From positions 31,714-95,713 of IMG/VR virus record IMGVR_UViG_3300049617_000088: DNA of 64,000 nt; one strand, given 5' to 3'. The stretch comes from a virus. Each line of letters starts with the position of its first letter. Position 1 is the first letter of the stretch. Positions 10,291 to 20,652 of the stretch are shown here, piece after piece. A program made the position numbers and the translations under genes. Below the pieces are notes generated by a model. The model made no database searches, was not told the DNA's origin, and saw nothing but the letters and a program-made list of their open reading frames with translations.

Positions 10291-10376
10291 TGGTGCCAAC
10301 GGTGGGACTTGAACCCACACCCCATTTCTGGGACTTGGTTTTGAATCAAGCGCGGCTGCCATTACGCCACGTTGGC
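10291..10376 (-). tRNA. tRNA-Leu(CAA)
   Basis: Cloverleaf GCCAACG...CGTTGGC-A-CCA, loop TTCAAAA, long variable arm, GTTCAAGT T-loop. Confidence 0.92.
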
Positions 10377-10379
10377 AAG

Positions 10380-10458
10380 TTAGAATAAGATATCTTTTTT
10401 ATAATAGCCGTAGCAAAAAGGAGGGGAAATGCCGTAGCTGAAAGATATCTTATTCTAA
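10380..10458. repeat. 18-bp perfect inverted repeat around a 43-nt loop
   Basis: TTAGAATAAGATATCTTT / AAAGATATCTTATTCTAA; loop holds two GCCGTAGC copies flanking AGGAGGGG. Confidence 0.85.
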
Positions 10459-10494
10459 GATCTATATATCATTATCCCCATTTGTTCTAAAGAT

Positions 10495-10803
10495 TTACAT
10501 TAGCGAATGCACTATCCAGCCAATGCCCCAGGTAATCAAAAAGCCACCAATATGGGTTCCGAGGTTTCTGCCCAAAGATTCTACATTCAAAGTTTCTTTT
10601 CCCTCATCATATTCTCTTTTAGAATAAATCTGCCAAGGTTTTACGGCAACAACAAACAAAGAGATTCCGATACAGGCAACTAAATGCAGTTGCGGTAGCG
10701 CTGGAAATGAGGATAATACAAACCAAGCCCAAAAAGTCTTGATGAGGAAAGCTCTCATCAGAGTGACAGAAACATACATAATCCAGTAAAAAATGAACGT
10801 CAT
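10495..10803 (-). CDS. Membrane protein
   Basis: About three hydrophobic segments; directly downstream of motif copy 1. Confidence 0.6.
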   Translation of the reverse strand: MTFIFYWIMYVSVTLMRAFLIKTFWAWFVLSSFPALPQLHLVACIGISLFVVAVKPWQIYSKREYDEGKETLNVESLGRNLGTHIGGFLITWGIGWIVHSLM

Positions 10804-10817
10804 GATCTTTGATCCTC

Positions 10818-10848
10818 AACTATAAGGTAGGAGCGTTTTACGATGGGT
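10818..10848 (-). promoter_or_regulatory. Bipartite motif copy 1 (ACCCATCGTAAAACG-N9-TATAGTT)
   Basis: One of eight co-oriented copies. Confidence 0.75.
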
Positions 10849-10885
10849 AGAATTTTATAACTTAATTTTTAGGGCTGCCGAATGT

Positions 10886-11305
10886 TTAGCAGTTAAAAGA
10901 AGATGTGTTCCAGCCACAATCATCCATAGCGCGAATCAGCGGTCCAGTGAGATCATATACTTCTACCAAAGCATGTCCATGACTTTGGGTAATCTCACCA
11001 GCTTCACGAAGCAACTGAGCGGCGGCAGCCACTTTCTCTTTAGCTTGATCTGACCAAACATTGAACTCAGCCTCTAACTTGGTTAGCTTCTCTTCAGCTT
11101 CAACTTCGGAACAAAGACTGATAGAATCCACTTCTTCTATCTTGCCCTTCTTATAATAGTTGGTAGTCCATTGAACAAGAATCTTTCCCTCTTTGGGAGA
11201 CTGAGCTACGACAATTCCTCTAGTGGAATTTTCTTCATCAAGATTATATTTCTCTAACGACTGGTCAAGTAAAACAACTTTATCATTAATTTCAAATGTT
11301 TTCAT
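10886..11305 (-). CDS. W-x-S-S-x-x-C family paralogue
   Basis: Ends AMDDCGWNTSSFNC. Confidence 0.7.
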   Translation of the reverse strand: MKTFEINDKVVLLDQSLEKYNLDEENSTRGIVVAQSPKEGKILVQWTTNYYKKGKIEEVDSISLCSEVEAEEKLTKLEAEFNVWSDQAKEKVAAAAQLLREAGEITQSHGHALVEVYDLTGPLIRAMDDCGWNTSSFNC

Positions 11306-11748
11306 CTTAACTTTCCTTCATTCTTCAATTGTCTATATGTTTTATGTGGAACCCAGGAACCATCCCTCAAACGATATCCCCAATCCCTATCACGTCCCGA
11401 CGTAAATACTAATGCCCAAACCTCGCCACTAATTAGTGTCAGCTTGTGAACATCCTCCGCTTTATGAACTATTACATCGCCGGAATAATAGGTCTTAAAC
11501 TGAGAACCCACGAAGTCAGGAGCATAGCTAGTTTGTTCTTGATAGGCTCCCTCTAGAATAACACTAGAGAAGTCCCAAGGATGGTCATGCATATCAGCAT
11601 CTAAATCTGATCCCATAATCTGATGGATATAAACAGCTCGCCAGGGAGTCTGCAACAAACGGAAACGTCGAAAACGAACCTGACCATTCTTGGCAACAAT
11701 CTCCTTGACCAAGAAAAGCTTGCGAATAATTTTTGTGAATAAACTCAT
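11302..11748 (-). CDS. Cupin-fold protein
   Basis: HDHPW...S.ILEG.Y.E...H...WG pattern. Confidence 0.65.
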   Translation of the reverse strand: MSLFTKIIRKLFLVKEIVAKNGQVRFRRFRLLQTPWRAVYIHQIMGSDLDADMHDHPWDFSSVILEGAYQEQTSYAPDFVGSQFKTYYSGDVIVHKAEDVHKLTLISGEVWALVFTSGRDRDWGYRLRDGSWVPHKTYRQLKNEGKLR

Positions 11749-12155
11749 ACGTCTTCCTCTGGGAAACTGAGAGCTTGTTGTAGCTTTCGATCTAGATCGT
11801 GTTTCTCACATAGAGTTACAACCCAACCACCGCTACGACGAGAACCTTTCTCACCACATCTCTCGCAGATATGAAAGCTCATATTCTCTGCCAGCGCGAT
11901 TGCACCACTGATGTAGGGAGTCTCTTGATTCATATAGAATCGGAGACCACCGAATTTTTCCTTCACTTGGGAACAATATACTTCTCCACGAATCTCTTCA
12001 GGAAGATTCATGATCTTATGCTCTAGAATAAAACAGAGACCATGAACTAGTTTGTCCCAACCATCTGGCAGAGAGAATCCACTACGGGGATGCTCCCTAA
12101 AAAGAGTAGGATATTTACTTTGAAATAGATTAAATTTATCTTTATAGTCACTCAT
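11745..12155 (-). CDS. Conserved phage protein with C-terminal Zn ribbon
   Basis: QVKEKFGGLRFY, CERCG...TLCEKH. Confidence 0.65.
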   Translation of the reverse strand: MSDYKDKFNLFQSKYPTLFREHPRSGFSLPDGWDKLVHGLCFILEHKIMNLPEEIRGEVYCSQVKEKFGGLRFYMNQETPYISGAIALAENMSFHICERCGEKGSRRSGGWVVTLCEKHDLDRKLQQALSFPEEDV

Positions 12156-12484
12156 AGTTCGTCTCTAAACTTTAGAATTACTTCATTGCTGATTTTATAA
12201 CAGAGAACGGCTAATTGATCGTAATATTCAAGAGTTAAATCTACCACCTTTTCAATCTCTTTCCTAGTAGCCATAACTCTAACTGGAATCATTCTCTCTC
12301 TAAAAAGCTCACCAGTTGCAGGATGAATCCATTGACCGCGAGCTGGAGCCATTACCGTTAAACCACCAGTAATGACCCTAACTTTGGCGTCCCAAACACG
12401 ATGATACCTGGTAGTATAATATCTACCAGGTCTCAATCTACGTTCAGTTGGTACTAGGATTTCCCATATTCTTTTGGTGGTCAT
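12152..12484 (-). CDS. Hypothetical protein, possibly PII/DUF3574-like fold
   Basis: GGLTVMAPARGQW...E...Q.AV pattern. Confidence 0.45.
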   Translation of the reverse strand: MTTKRIWEILVPTERRLRPGRYYTTRYHRVWDAKVRVITGGLTVMAPARGQWIHPATGELFRERMIPVRVMATRKEIEKVVDLTLEYYDQLAVLCYKISNEVILKFRDEL

Positions 12485-12640
12485 GATTCTTTTCAGCTTG
12501 CTGAATTAAACGAAGACGTAATTCGAAATGCTTCTTTTGCTTCTCGTACTTCTTAAGTCGTTTGTTGATTCGGTTAAGTCTATCTTGAATATGTTTCTTC
12601 TTTTTTTTCCAATCATCAATTACTTCTTCAGGCACTTTGC

Positions 12641-12940
12641 TCATGGCGGAAATGGTTTCGCTTTTAACGGTAGATCTATTGTAATATAAATTGGTTTTAT
12701 CTCAAGAGATTTAAGATCAGCTTGATACGTTAGGACAGGTACGATCCAATCATTTTCATCTATGTCTAATAATAATGCATCAGCCTCTTTCTTGGAAAGA
12801 AATTTAGCTTCAGCTAAATCTTTAGTAAAAAAGTGCTGCTGCAACTACTCCTTTAGAAGACCACCATAATGGTATCCAGCTCTATAGAATAATTTCTTTT
12901 TAATGTCAACTAAAATATAATGTTTATTTATCTTTTTCAT
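12641..12940 (-). pseudogene. Hypothetical protein interrupted by in-frame TAG at 12845-12847
   Basis: MKKINKHYILVD...GLLKE*LQQHFF continues in frame. Confidence 0.55.
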
Positions 12941-13930
12941 GCTCACAACATTCATCATGAACTTCTACGTGTTCGACATGCTCGTCTTGGCAAGTTTTCT
13001 CATGACATTTGTGATGAAATTTGGAGTGCCACCACACATGGAGGCGACGAAAGAACATTCCAATGAAAGGAATCATCGCCATAACGGCTAGAGTCTCATC
13101 CATACACCAATGAAAAGGCATAATCTATCTCCTCAATATAGCATCGCTTCTTTAACTGCATCGTCAATCAAATCATCTTCCCAACAACAAACGGTTTTGA
13201 TACACTTCCTGAATCTCTTTTCATTCTCGCAGGCATCGCCCCATTTGGCTTCATAAACGAACTCTCCACCTTCAGCATAAAGACCATCTCTAATATGATC
13301 CATGCCTACTCGGAGCATCCAAGCTTTAGCTTTGTAGATATCCCATTTTATTTAATCCGCCACAATCCAACGAGTTTTTCCAGACTTCATCTTGATCTTT
13401 TTAAAGGTACCGATAAGGAATCCATCATGTTTAATACCGCTGAAATGAACTCTCAACTCCGCATAATTGCTAGCGTCGAATGATTGATACACCAACCAAT
13501 CATTAATACTGTCACACGATACATCACTTTTATAATCCTGGATTTCAAAATCAACCGTGTCATGCACACTGAGCTTACCACCACGTTTGAGTTCGCCTAT
13601 CTTAAGAACAAGTCTAGTATTAATCATCGCCGCGACCATAGCCTATGTGATGTAATGGATTGTCATCTAGATCACCCAACGATTGTAAATCCATTTTGTT
13701 TAGCGCCTCGGCTTCTTTTTCAGCAATAGCCTCTTGAATAGCTTCTTTGCGCATCTTTCTCGTTTCTTCTTCTCTAAACTGTTCATTAAAAAAGTCACTA
13801 GCCTGCAAAGTATCACGAGGTTCAATTGCTTTTAAAGCACGATCAATTTCCGCCAGCTCTTGCATCAGAAGAAGTTTGCGTTGAATAAGCATCTCGACTG
13901 TTTTTGATTGAGACATATGATATATTCCTT

Positions 13931-14004
13931 TGTCTCTCCGACAGGACTCGAACCTGTATAAAGCAGCTTAGAAGGCTGCCGCCCTTCCATTAGACCACGG
14001 AGAG
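13931..14004 (-). tRNA. tRNA-Arg(TCT); CCA not encoded
   Basis: CTCTCCG/CGGAGAG acceptor, GCAGC-CTTCTAA-GCTGC anticodon arm, GTTCGAGT T-loop. Confidence 0.92.
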
Positions 14005-14096
14005 TCGCGAGACAACCTAATCTCTATAAATTGGTTGTCAAGCCCTACAGGGCGCCTGCCAGCCAAATAATTGATAAGCTGGTTATATTTAATGTG

Positions 14097-14675
14097 ATGA
14101 GTAAAAAAGACTATACAAATTTAAAAGTAAATAGATTAACTTTTATTAAGGCAACTAACAAAAAGAGTGGTGGTAAAATTGTTTGGGAATTACTTTGTGA
14201 ATGCGGAAATATCACATATGCTATTGTATATAAAGTAACATCTGGACGAACTAAAAGTTGCGGATGTTATGCTTTACAAGTAGCCTCAAAAATTGCCACT
14301 AAGCGCGGATTAGCCAATAGAAAATACCCTCCTATTATAAGCAGTGCCCGACGAGTATGGGAGTACTATAAAGATGGATGTGATTTTGAAACATTCTTTA
14401 AACTATCTCAATTGTCCTGTGATTATTGCGGTAGAAAACCATATAGAATATTTAATATTGGATCGAAACAACGTAAAAGTGAGTGTACGAGTGACTTCCA
14501 AAAAACAGAAGGAAATTTTATATACAACGGTTTAGATCGTATTGATAGTTCAAAAACTCATACACCAGATAATGTGGTTCCATGTTGTTGGGATTGTAAT
14601 GATATGAAAAAAGATCGTACACGTGATGAATTTATATCACATATAAAACGTATACATACTCACCTTACCCCTTGA
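14097..14675 (+). CDS. Free-standing HNH-type endonuclease
   Basis: CECGN...SCGC N-terminus, CDYCG, NGLDRIDSS..H...NVVPCC..CN; paralogue of 46513..47214. Confidence 0.85.
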   Translation: MSKKDYTNLKVNRLTFIKATNKKSGGKIVWELLCECGNITYAIVYKVTSGRTKSCGCYALQVASKIATKRGLANRKYPPIISSARRVWEYYKDGCDFETFFKLSQLSCDYCGRKPYRIFNIGSKQRKSECTSDFQKTEGNFIYNGLDRIDSSKTHTPDNVVPCCWDCNDMKKDRTRDEFISHIKRIHTHLTP

Positions 14676-16173
14676 CAGTACAAAGGGGCATGAGTTTAGC
14701 CACTACTCTAGCAATCCCTGCCTCTTCAATAGAGTTGATTACTGGAGTAATCGGCTTGTAAGCATAAGGCGCCTCTTCTTTAATTCGAGCCTTATACTTT
14801 TTGAGAATGTCTTTCCTTAATTGCATCTGAGGTGACTTAGGATCTATCGCCGTCACCAATCGAAGTGTCTCTGTTTCTTTATCGAATATATCATCCGAGA
14901 CATGAGATGCTTCACCACGAGGCATCATCCTTCCAGCACCATGACAAGCACTAGAAAGTGCTTCCTCATTACCAGTTCCAGTCAATAGATAACTAGCACT
15001 TCCCATCGAGCCAGGAATGATCACAGGTCGACCCATCCAGTCAGATTCAGTCAATGGTCCCTCAGCAGGAGTTGCCCCTTTTCGATGAAGGAAAGAACCC
15101 TCCCGTTTGAAAACAAGATTGTGGGGAGCGTCATAGATTAATCGAAAATCAATCTCAATTCCTAACACCTCCTGAATAGCTCGTACCGCCATTAATCCTA
15201 AAAACAAACGGTTAGCAAAGGCGAAGTTGGCTGCATTATACATGCTATCCAAGTAGAATTCGCCTTCCTTCTGATACTCGCCGGACATAGGAAGAACATA
15301 GAAATCATTCTTCGGATGCTTAATGCCATGAGGAAATAACTCTCGGGCACGATCCATGAAGTGACCGCCCACAACGTGACCTAAAGCCACTGAACCAGAA
15401 TGAATCATGATGGCAAGATTGCCTTTGGTCAGGTTCATCTGACGAGCAGATTCACCACAAACAATCTCATCAATCTTTTGCAGTTCCACAAAATGATTAC
15501 CACCACCTACACAACCAATCTGCGGGTCACGACCATCCACTTCACCAGAAGATTGAATGAACTTCTCAAATCCAAACAATCGTTTGGTTTCAAAACCACC
15601 ATGATTGTTGATTCTATTCAAATCATCGGCTTGAGTTCTGGCATCATAATACTTGTAGATGCCAGTACCTTGATTGTCTTTGGAGTGACGTAGAAGACCG
15701 GGCAATCCATCGCGCAAGACAGCTTCTCTTTGTTGAGGAGACATAGGAATATCTCTTTGACCCTGAAAGAAAAGGGCGCGAAGCTTCTTTTGAATAGCAT
15801 CCCAATGATCATCCAGTTTGCTAACAGGCAAATCAGTGGCAAGCAATCGCATTCCACAACAGATATCATTTCCAATAGCCTTAGGAACAACGAACCCGTA
15901 AGCCTCCGCCACCGTTCCAACAGGTACGCCAGAACCTTTGTGGAAGTCGGGAGTCAGAACCACTCGGTTGATTCTAGCATCCTTATCTAGGAAAGTGGAT
16001 TGGCTAGCATGAATATCACGAACGGCTCGTTCAACATCAAGGAATCCAAACAGTTCTTCAAATGCATCGTTCTCAACGAAGACATCTTTGTTGGCAAAGA
16101 GCTTGACATCGAGATTGAGATCATTAGTAATCTCGCAGCAGGCATCAGAGGTTCTTTTGACTTTATAGTTCAT
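14665..16173 (-). CDS. rtcB: RtcB-family RNA ligase
   Basis: PDFHKG, NDICCGMR, GGGNHF, IHSGS, HN, HRKGATP, IPGSMG, SACHGAGR, EEAPYAYK. Confidence 0.95.
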   Translation of the reverse strand: MNYKVKRTSDACCEITNDLNLDVKLFANKDVFVENDAFEELFGFLDVERAVRDIHASQSTFLDKDARINRVVLTPDFHKGSGVPVGTVAEAYGFVVPKAIGNDICCGMRLLATDLPVSKLDDHWDAIQKKLRALFFQGQRDIPMSPQQREAVLRDGLPGLLRHSKDNQGTGIYKYYDARTQADDLNRINNHGGFETKRLFGFEKFIQSSGEVDGRDPQIGCVGGGNHFVELQKIDEIVCGESARQMNLTKGNLAIMIHSGSVALGHVVGGHFMDRARELFPHGIKHPKNDFYVLPMSGEYQKEGEFYLDSMYNAANFAFANRLFLGLMAVRAIQEVLGIEIDFRLIYDAPHNLVFKREGSFLHRKGATPAEGPLTESDWMGRPVIIPGSMGSASYLLTGTGNEEALSSACHGAGRMMPRGEASHVSDDIFDKETETLRLVTAIDPKSPQMQLRKDILKKYKARIKEEAPYAYKPITPVINSIEEAGIARVVAKLMPLCTVKG

Positions 16174-16925
16174 GACTTAGTTCTCATTATCCATTTGAAA
16201 TGACAGCCACTCGGCTTATCCTTATTGTCGGTTCCTTTACATTCTGTATGAAAATGACCATCATGATAATCGTCACATTCACAATACTTAATTTGACCAA
16301 ACTTCCAAGCCATACCGCATTTGGGACAGTACGTACAATCAAAGTTTTGAAACCCATATGATCCATCTTCTATGGGAGTAACAGTCTTATCTATTTTCAA
16401 TTTTCTAATTAGACTGTTAGCACAATGGTATGCTGTACCGCCGCCAATAAGGAAAAACTATGTCAACTATGACGCTCATTTGTTTTCTAGCTCGTTAATC
16501 TTGTCATAAGCAAGGAGTAATTCTTGCACCAAAGCATTTTTGCTTAGAACGAAACATTCTTTCTTTGAACCTGACCATTTACATCCACAATTATATTCAT
16601 CATGACAATGATAAGTGCTATTGTTTCCACGGTAAACGGAACCAAAATGACTACTACCACACTTAGGGCAATCAAAATCATAGTGATGAGTTTCAGTATC
16701 AATGGATTCAATATAAGATGACTGCCCATTAATCATTGCTTCTAGCACTTTTCGATCAATCATTTGGCTAGTTCCAATCCCCAAGGAGTCTCCACGTATT
16801 TTCGTTCCATATCCTTTTGGGACTTAGTGCGCTTGAACTTAAACTTATGCCCGCAGCTTGTCAATTTTTCGCCTTTGGGTGTAGAACCAATAACACACAT
16901 CATCTGTTTACAGATAGGACAGGGC

Positions 16926-17321
16926 TTACTTGATATCTTGTTCATGTTTTCTTTTCTCTAACAAATTCGAGACTGACATACCCAGTTCTTTTTCAGTCGG
17001 TTGTCGACCTTCCCAAAGGTCCCTGGCAAATTCCAGAGCTTTGATTACTTTCTCATAACCATCTGGACCATCATTGACTGTTTAAATTACTTGACCATCG
17101 TACAGATGTTCTGATACTCTCTGCAAACAACAGACAGCCATACCTTGTAGATGGTCATTAAAATGCTGAACGGCTCCAAGAGCACAAAAAGAGTAGCCAT
17201 CTACAATTGATGACTTATTTCCATTCTTATCGTACTGGTAATACCCTTGAGCAAATCTACTACGATCTTGATAAAGATCAATAATCTGAGCGTAAACCTG
17301 AGCTACTGGAATTATGTTCAT
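16926..17321 (-). pseudogene. Phage protein (FCALGA...ND motif) interrupted by in-frame TAA at 17082-17084
   Basis: GQVI*TVNDGPDGYEKVIKALEFARDLW stays open for about 50 more codons. Confidence 0.55.
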
Positions 17322-17476
17322 TATTCTTTCCTATTCAATTTATTCGATTGTCGGAGAAGATAATCATCCTGGGATGCATGGTCAAGTCTCCGACAATTTA
17401 TACGGTTGGCAATCTTTACTAATTGCCAACCATCTCTCGACAAACCAATGGGGATCTATAGGGGAAGTAGAATATC

Positions 17477-18187
17477 TTATCTGCCGAAGATGGCAGCGAA
17501 GCCAACTCCTGGCATTCCTTTCAAGAAGAAATACAACTGACCTAGAAGGAAGATAGTTGCAGACCAACCAGCAGTAGTTAAAAACATCTGTCCAGGAGTC
17601 AATCGTTTAGGAGGATTCCAGTCAGTTATCTCTCTCCAGATAGATGCACCACCAAACAGAATAACCATAATAGCGATTAGATAGTTGAAGAACCAAAGAA
17701 CCACTGCCGCTACAACTGTAGAGATGATATGCATTACCATACCAAACGTTCTATTAGTGGAATAGGTTAGTGTATCTAACAATTGACCACCATCCAAAAA
17801 GGATAGGGGTAATAGGTTAAATAGATTAAGGAAGCACATCCAGTAGGCAGCCGAAGCAAGATAAGGGTATCCGGTCAAGTAGTAGGCTCCTGCGGTTACA
17901 CCAGCAAGAAGACCACCACCTACTGGTCCTAAGAGTACCACGAAGGCTTGTTGCCCATAGGTTTTATATCTATCTGAAACTAAGGCAACTCCACCCATGA
18001 AAGGGATAAAGAAGAACCCGCTAGTTCTCAGATGCATTCTTTTCGCTGCCCACAAATGACTATATTCGTGGAAGCCTACGCCTACTAAAAGAAGTAAAGC
18101 GGCTTTCCAATTGAGAATTGAAGTATAAATTAGAAATGTAAAGATAGCTGATAAAATTTGTTTCTGTCTGAATGATAAATTTGGCAT
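17477..18187 (-). CDS. Site-2 protease (peptidase M50)
   Basis: HEYSH, LLGP, NLFNLLP..LDGG, multiple TM segments. Confidence 0.88.
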   Translation of the reverse strand: MPNLSFRQKQILSAIFTFLIYTSILNWKAALLLLVGVGFHEYSHLWAAKRMHLRTSGFFFIPFMGGVALVSDRYKTYGQQAFVVLLGPVGGGLLAGVTAGAYYLTGYPYLASAAYWMCFLNLFNLLPLSFLDGGQLLDTLTYSTNRTFGMVMHIISTVVAAVVLWFFNYLIAIMVILFGGASIWREITDWNPPKRLTPGQMFLTTAGWSATIFLLGQLYFFLKGMPGVGFAAIFGR

Positions 18188-18197
18188 TAAATTCCTG

Positions 18198-18611
18198 TTA
18201 TTTCTTGGCACTGAAAAAATAAAAGCTGGCGAAGGCACACAATATGCCACCCATTTTTCTCCATGAGAGATTCTCTCCCATAAACAAAAAAGATAGTAGG
18301 ATGGTAACGCCAGGATATAACCCCGTGACGAACGTTGTTGAGCCAGCATCATTCTTCTGCAATGCATAGAAATAAGCGATAGAACCAATTCCCATCATTA
18401 TTCCACACAAAATAGAATAAACTACACCAGTCGTATTAATTGTATAGTTAACTTTAAAAATAAGAAACAAGAAGGGAGTCATTAACATATGTAATAGGCT
18501 ACCAATAGCAATGACCATGATAGGATGCATTGCACTGTTAGCTGTTTTACAAAAGAAAGATCCAATTCCCCATCCAAGGATACAAATTGCGACCAGTAAA
18601 GTGCTAGACAT
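18198..18611 (-). CDS. EamA/DMT-family membrane transporter
   Basis: Five TM segments; YP.VTILLS.LF.GE.LS..K..G. Confidence 0.85.
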   Translation of the reverse strand: MSSTLLVAICILGWGIGSFFCKTANSAMHPIMVIAIGSLLHMLMTPFLFLIFKVNYTINTTGVVYSILCGIMMGIGSIAYFYALQKNDAGSTTFVTGLYPGVTILLSFLFMGENLSWRKMGGILCAFASFYFFSAKK

Positions 18612-18620
18612 GAGATACTT

Positions 18621-18791
18621 TCAAGGATGAAAACTAAATCCCATCCGCATTAGAAAACTAACGACTGCCCAAACAGTCATCAAAAAGAATCACATCTTCA
18701 AAAAGATGTTTAAGAAACCCTCTTTAGACCAAATGATTGTCATAAACACGAATGACAAAAAGGCGGCAAAACAAAATCCTGTGATTACCAT
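18621..18791 (-). pseudogene. Small membrane protein interrupted by in-frame TGA at 18690-18692
   Basis: MVITGFCF...IFLKM*FFLMTVWAVV... Confidence 0.5.
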
Positions 18792-19033
18792 GATCTGTAC
18801 CCCTTCTTATCTCTGCTTCTCCTTCTTAGATAGTCTATCAGAATTACTAATCCGACAAAGCCAAGAACAACACCAACTATCGAGAGATAGAAAGCAAAAC
18901 TAATCCATAACGGACTGAGCACCCACAACCATGACCAATCAATATAGTGAGTTAACTTGAGTCCGATGAAGAGAACAGTAAGCAATCCCCCAAAACCGAT
19001 ACCAACCGCCGAAGCGTTATTTGAATCAGACAT
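18785..19033 (-). CDS. Small phage membrane protein
   Basis: LFIGLKLT..IDWSWLWVLSPLW. Confidence 0.7.
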   Translation of the reverse strand: MSDSNNASAVGIGFGGLLTVLFIGLKLTHYIDWSWLWVLSPLWISFAFYLSIVGVVLGFVGLVILIDYLRRRSRDKKGYRSW

Positions 19034-19488
19034 TATTTATTCCTTAGAATTTTAATATTGGGAATCTTTTTAATTTTCGCAAGTCCGTTCTTATGAGAAC
19101 CGTTAGAGCTACAAGCATCTGCGATTACTTCAATCTTAGCTTGAGGAAGTTTCTCTCGTAAACCTTGCACCGTCTCGAACACACAATAGTCGGTATTAAC
19201 TCCAACCACTTTGAGATGACTCTTATTGAAACGACGCTTATGAAGCTGATCAAATACATTAGCCGAACCATCATTGCGGCTCTTGGTAACGCGACTGGCT
19301 CGCTTATTCTTTCTGGTCAAATAAGTTAGTTCTGGTTTAGTAGAACCATAACCATCGAACTCTACATAGAGAATCCCAGCCCCATTTTTCATGGCTTGTC
19401 GAAGCTCTCGTTGAACACTTCTCTGTACCGAAAGCTTGTTCGAAGCACTAAAAAACGACTGCATATCCACTACGACTAGTGTATACAT
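19033..19488 (-). CDS. Isochorismatase/nicotinamidase-like cysteine hydrolase
   Basis: VVVDMQ, K, GVNTDYCV, DAC. Confidence 0.85.
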   Translation of the reverse strand: MYTLVVVDMQSFFSASNKLSVQRSVQRELRQAMKNGAGILYVEFDGYGSTKPELTYLTRKNKRASRVTKSRNDGSANVFDQLHKRRFNKSHLKVVGVNTDYCVFETVQGLREKLPQAKIEVIADACSSNGSHKNGLAKIKKIPNIKILRNK

Positions 19489-19948
19489 TATTGTAATCCT
19501 TGTTATTTAATTGAAGAATAAACCGGCTAAAAATAGAGGAACTATTAACATTCCGTAAGCACAACCAATTAAACACCACCAAAGAATCTTCTCTGGTAAT
19601 GGATCTTCCATCTTATGCTACCGTTGGTGGATTAACGATATCAAGAATATCTTTAGGAGATCCGCGCATTAACCGACCAGCTCTGGTTCTAGCATTGGGA
19701 GACGCATCTAGGTGCTCAACTAACTTATCGAAACGACCGTTATCCAGGTGAAGACCATGTTGACGATCAATCTCTGCGGCAAGAGCGTAGCTAGTTGGTT
19801 CCATATCATCCTCTTCGTAGAAATCATCTTCTAGATAATCGTTATCTTTTTTATCGGACTTCATCTTGCCCGCTTTGCGCGCCATTGCTGGAACGGCAAA
19901 GGGATTCCTAAAAGGTTCTGTGGTTTTCTTTTTCATGACAGATCATCT

Positions 19949-20035
19949 TGGTACAGGTAGAGGGACTCGAACCCCCACTCTATTTCTAGAAATTGCTCTT
20001 AAGGCAATCGCGGCTGCCGATTTCGCCATACCTGC
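19949..20035 (-). tRNA. tRNA-Leu(TAA)
   Basis: GCAGGTA/TACCTGT-A-CCA, ATTGC-CTTAAGA-GCAAT, long variable arm. Confidence 0.92.
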
Positions 20036-20048
20036 ATGTATTTAGTAC

Positions 20049-20136
20049 TGGTTGGGGATGTTGGATTCGAACCAACGATGCTGTTAAGCGGGAGATTCAA
20101 AGTCTCCTGGGTTAAACCGGGCTGCCCCAATCCCCA
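20049..20136 (-). tRNA. tRNA-Gln(TTG) with an unusual 14-nt variable region
   Basis: TGGGGAT/ATCCCCA-A-CCA, GGAGA-CTTTGAA-TCTCC, variable CGCTTAACAGCATC, GTTGG-TTCGAAT-CCAAC. Confidence 0.85.
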
Positions 20137-20151
20137 ATACAATGCTGTATA

Positions 20152-20652
20152 TTATATCTTGTCTTGCCTATGTTTATTCTTTCCTGCAAAATTTTCAGTT
20201 TGTGAATGACAATGTGGACAAAGTACTCTAAGATTTTTTAGTCTGTTGTCGTCGCTTATTCCGTTGATATGGTCCAATTGTAAAGACAAGGGTTTATTAT
20301 TCCACACCGGAAGTTGACCACAAATGGTACATTCATTTTTAAGAATACCTTCTTTTAGAAGCCTTATCTTTAGATGGTTTCTATTGAAAGTTGAGTGTTC
20401 AACAAGAACATCCTCCAATGGAATCTTTTTGGCATTAGGAAACTTTCTATTCTTATTTGAAGAAACTCCTAATTTAATGTTGGAATAATTAATTGAATCT
20501 TCATCTAATCTTTTTTTGAGGGTACGATAATTATGACCTTTATTCTGTAAAGAAAAATGTAATAATATTTCACTGATAGAGTTAGATTCTAATACAATCT
20601 TGGACAATTGTTCTTTATCAATTTTCCAAATTAAACTAGTTCGTTTTTTCAT
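20152..20652 (-). CDS. Free-standing HNH endonuclease
   Basis: CTICG...LQLDHING..DDNRLKNLRVLCPHCH. Confidence 0.9.
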   Translation of the reverse strand: MKKRTSLIWKIDKEQLSKIVLESNSISEILLHFSLQNKGHNYRTLKKRLDEDSINYSNIKLGVSSNKNRKFPNAKKIPLEDVLVEHSTFNRNHLKIRLLKEGILKNECTICGQLPVWNNKPLSLQLDHINGISDDNRLKNLRVLCPHCHSQTENFAGKNKHRQDKI

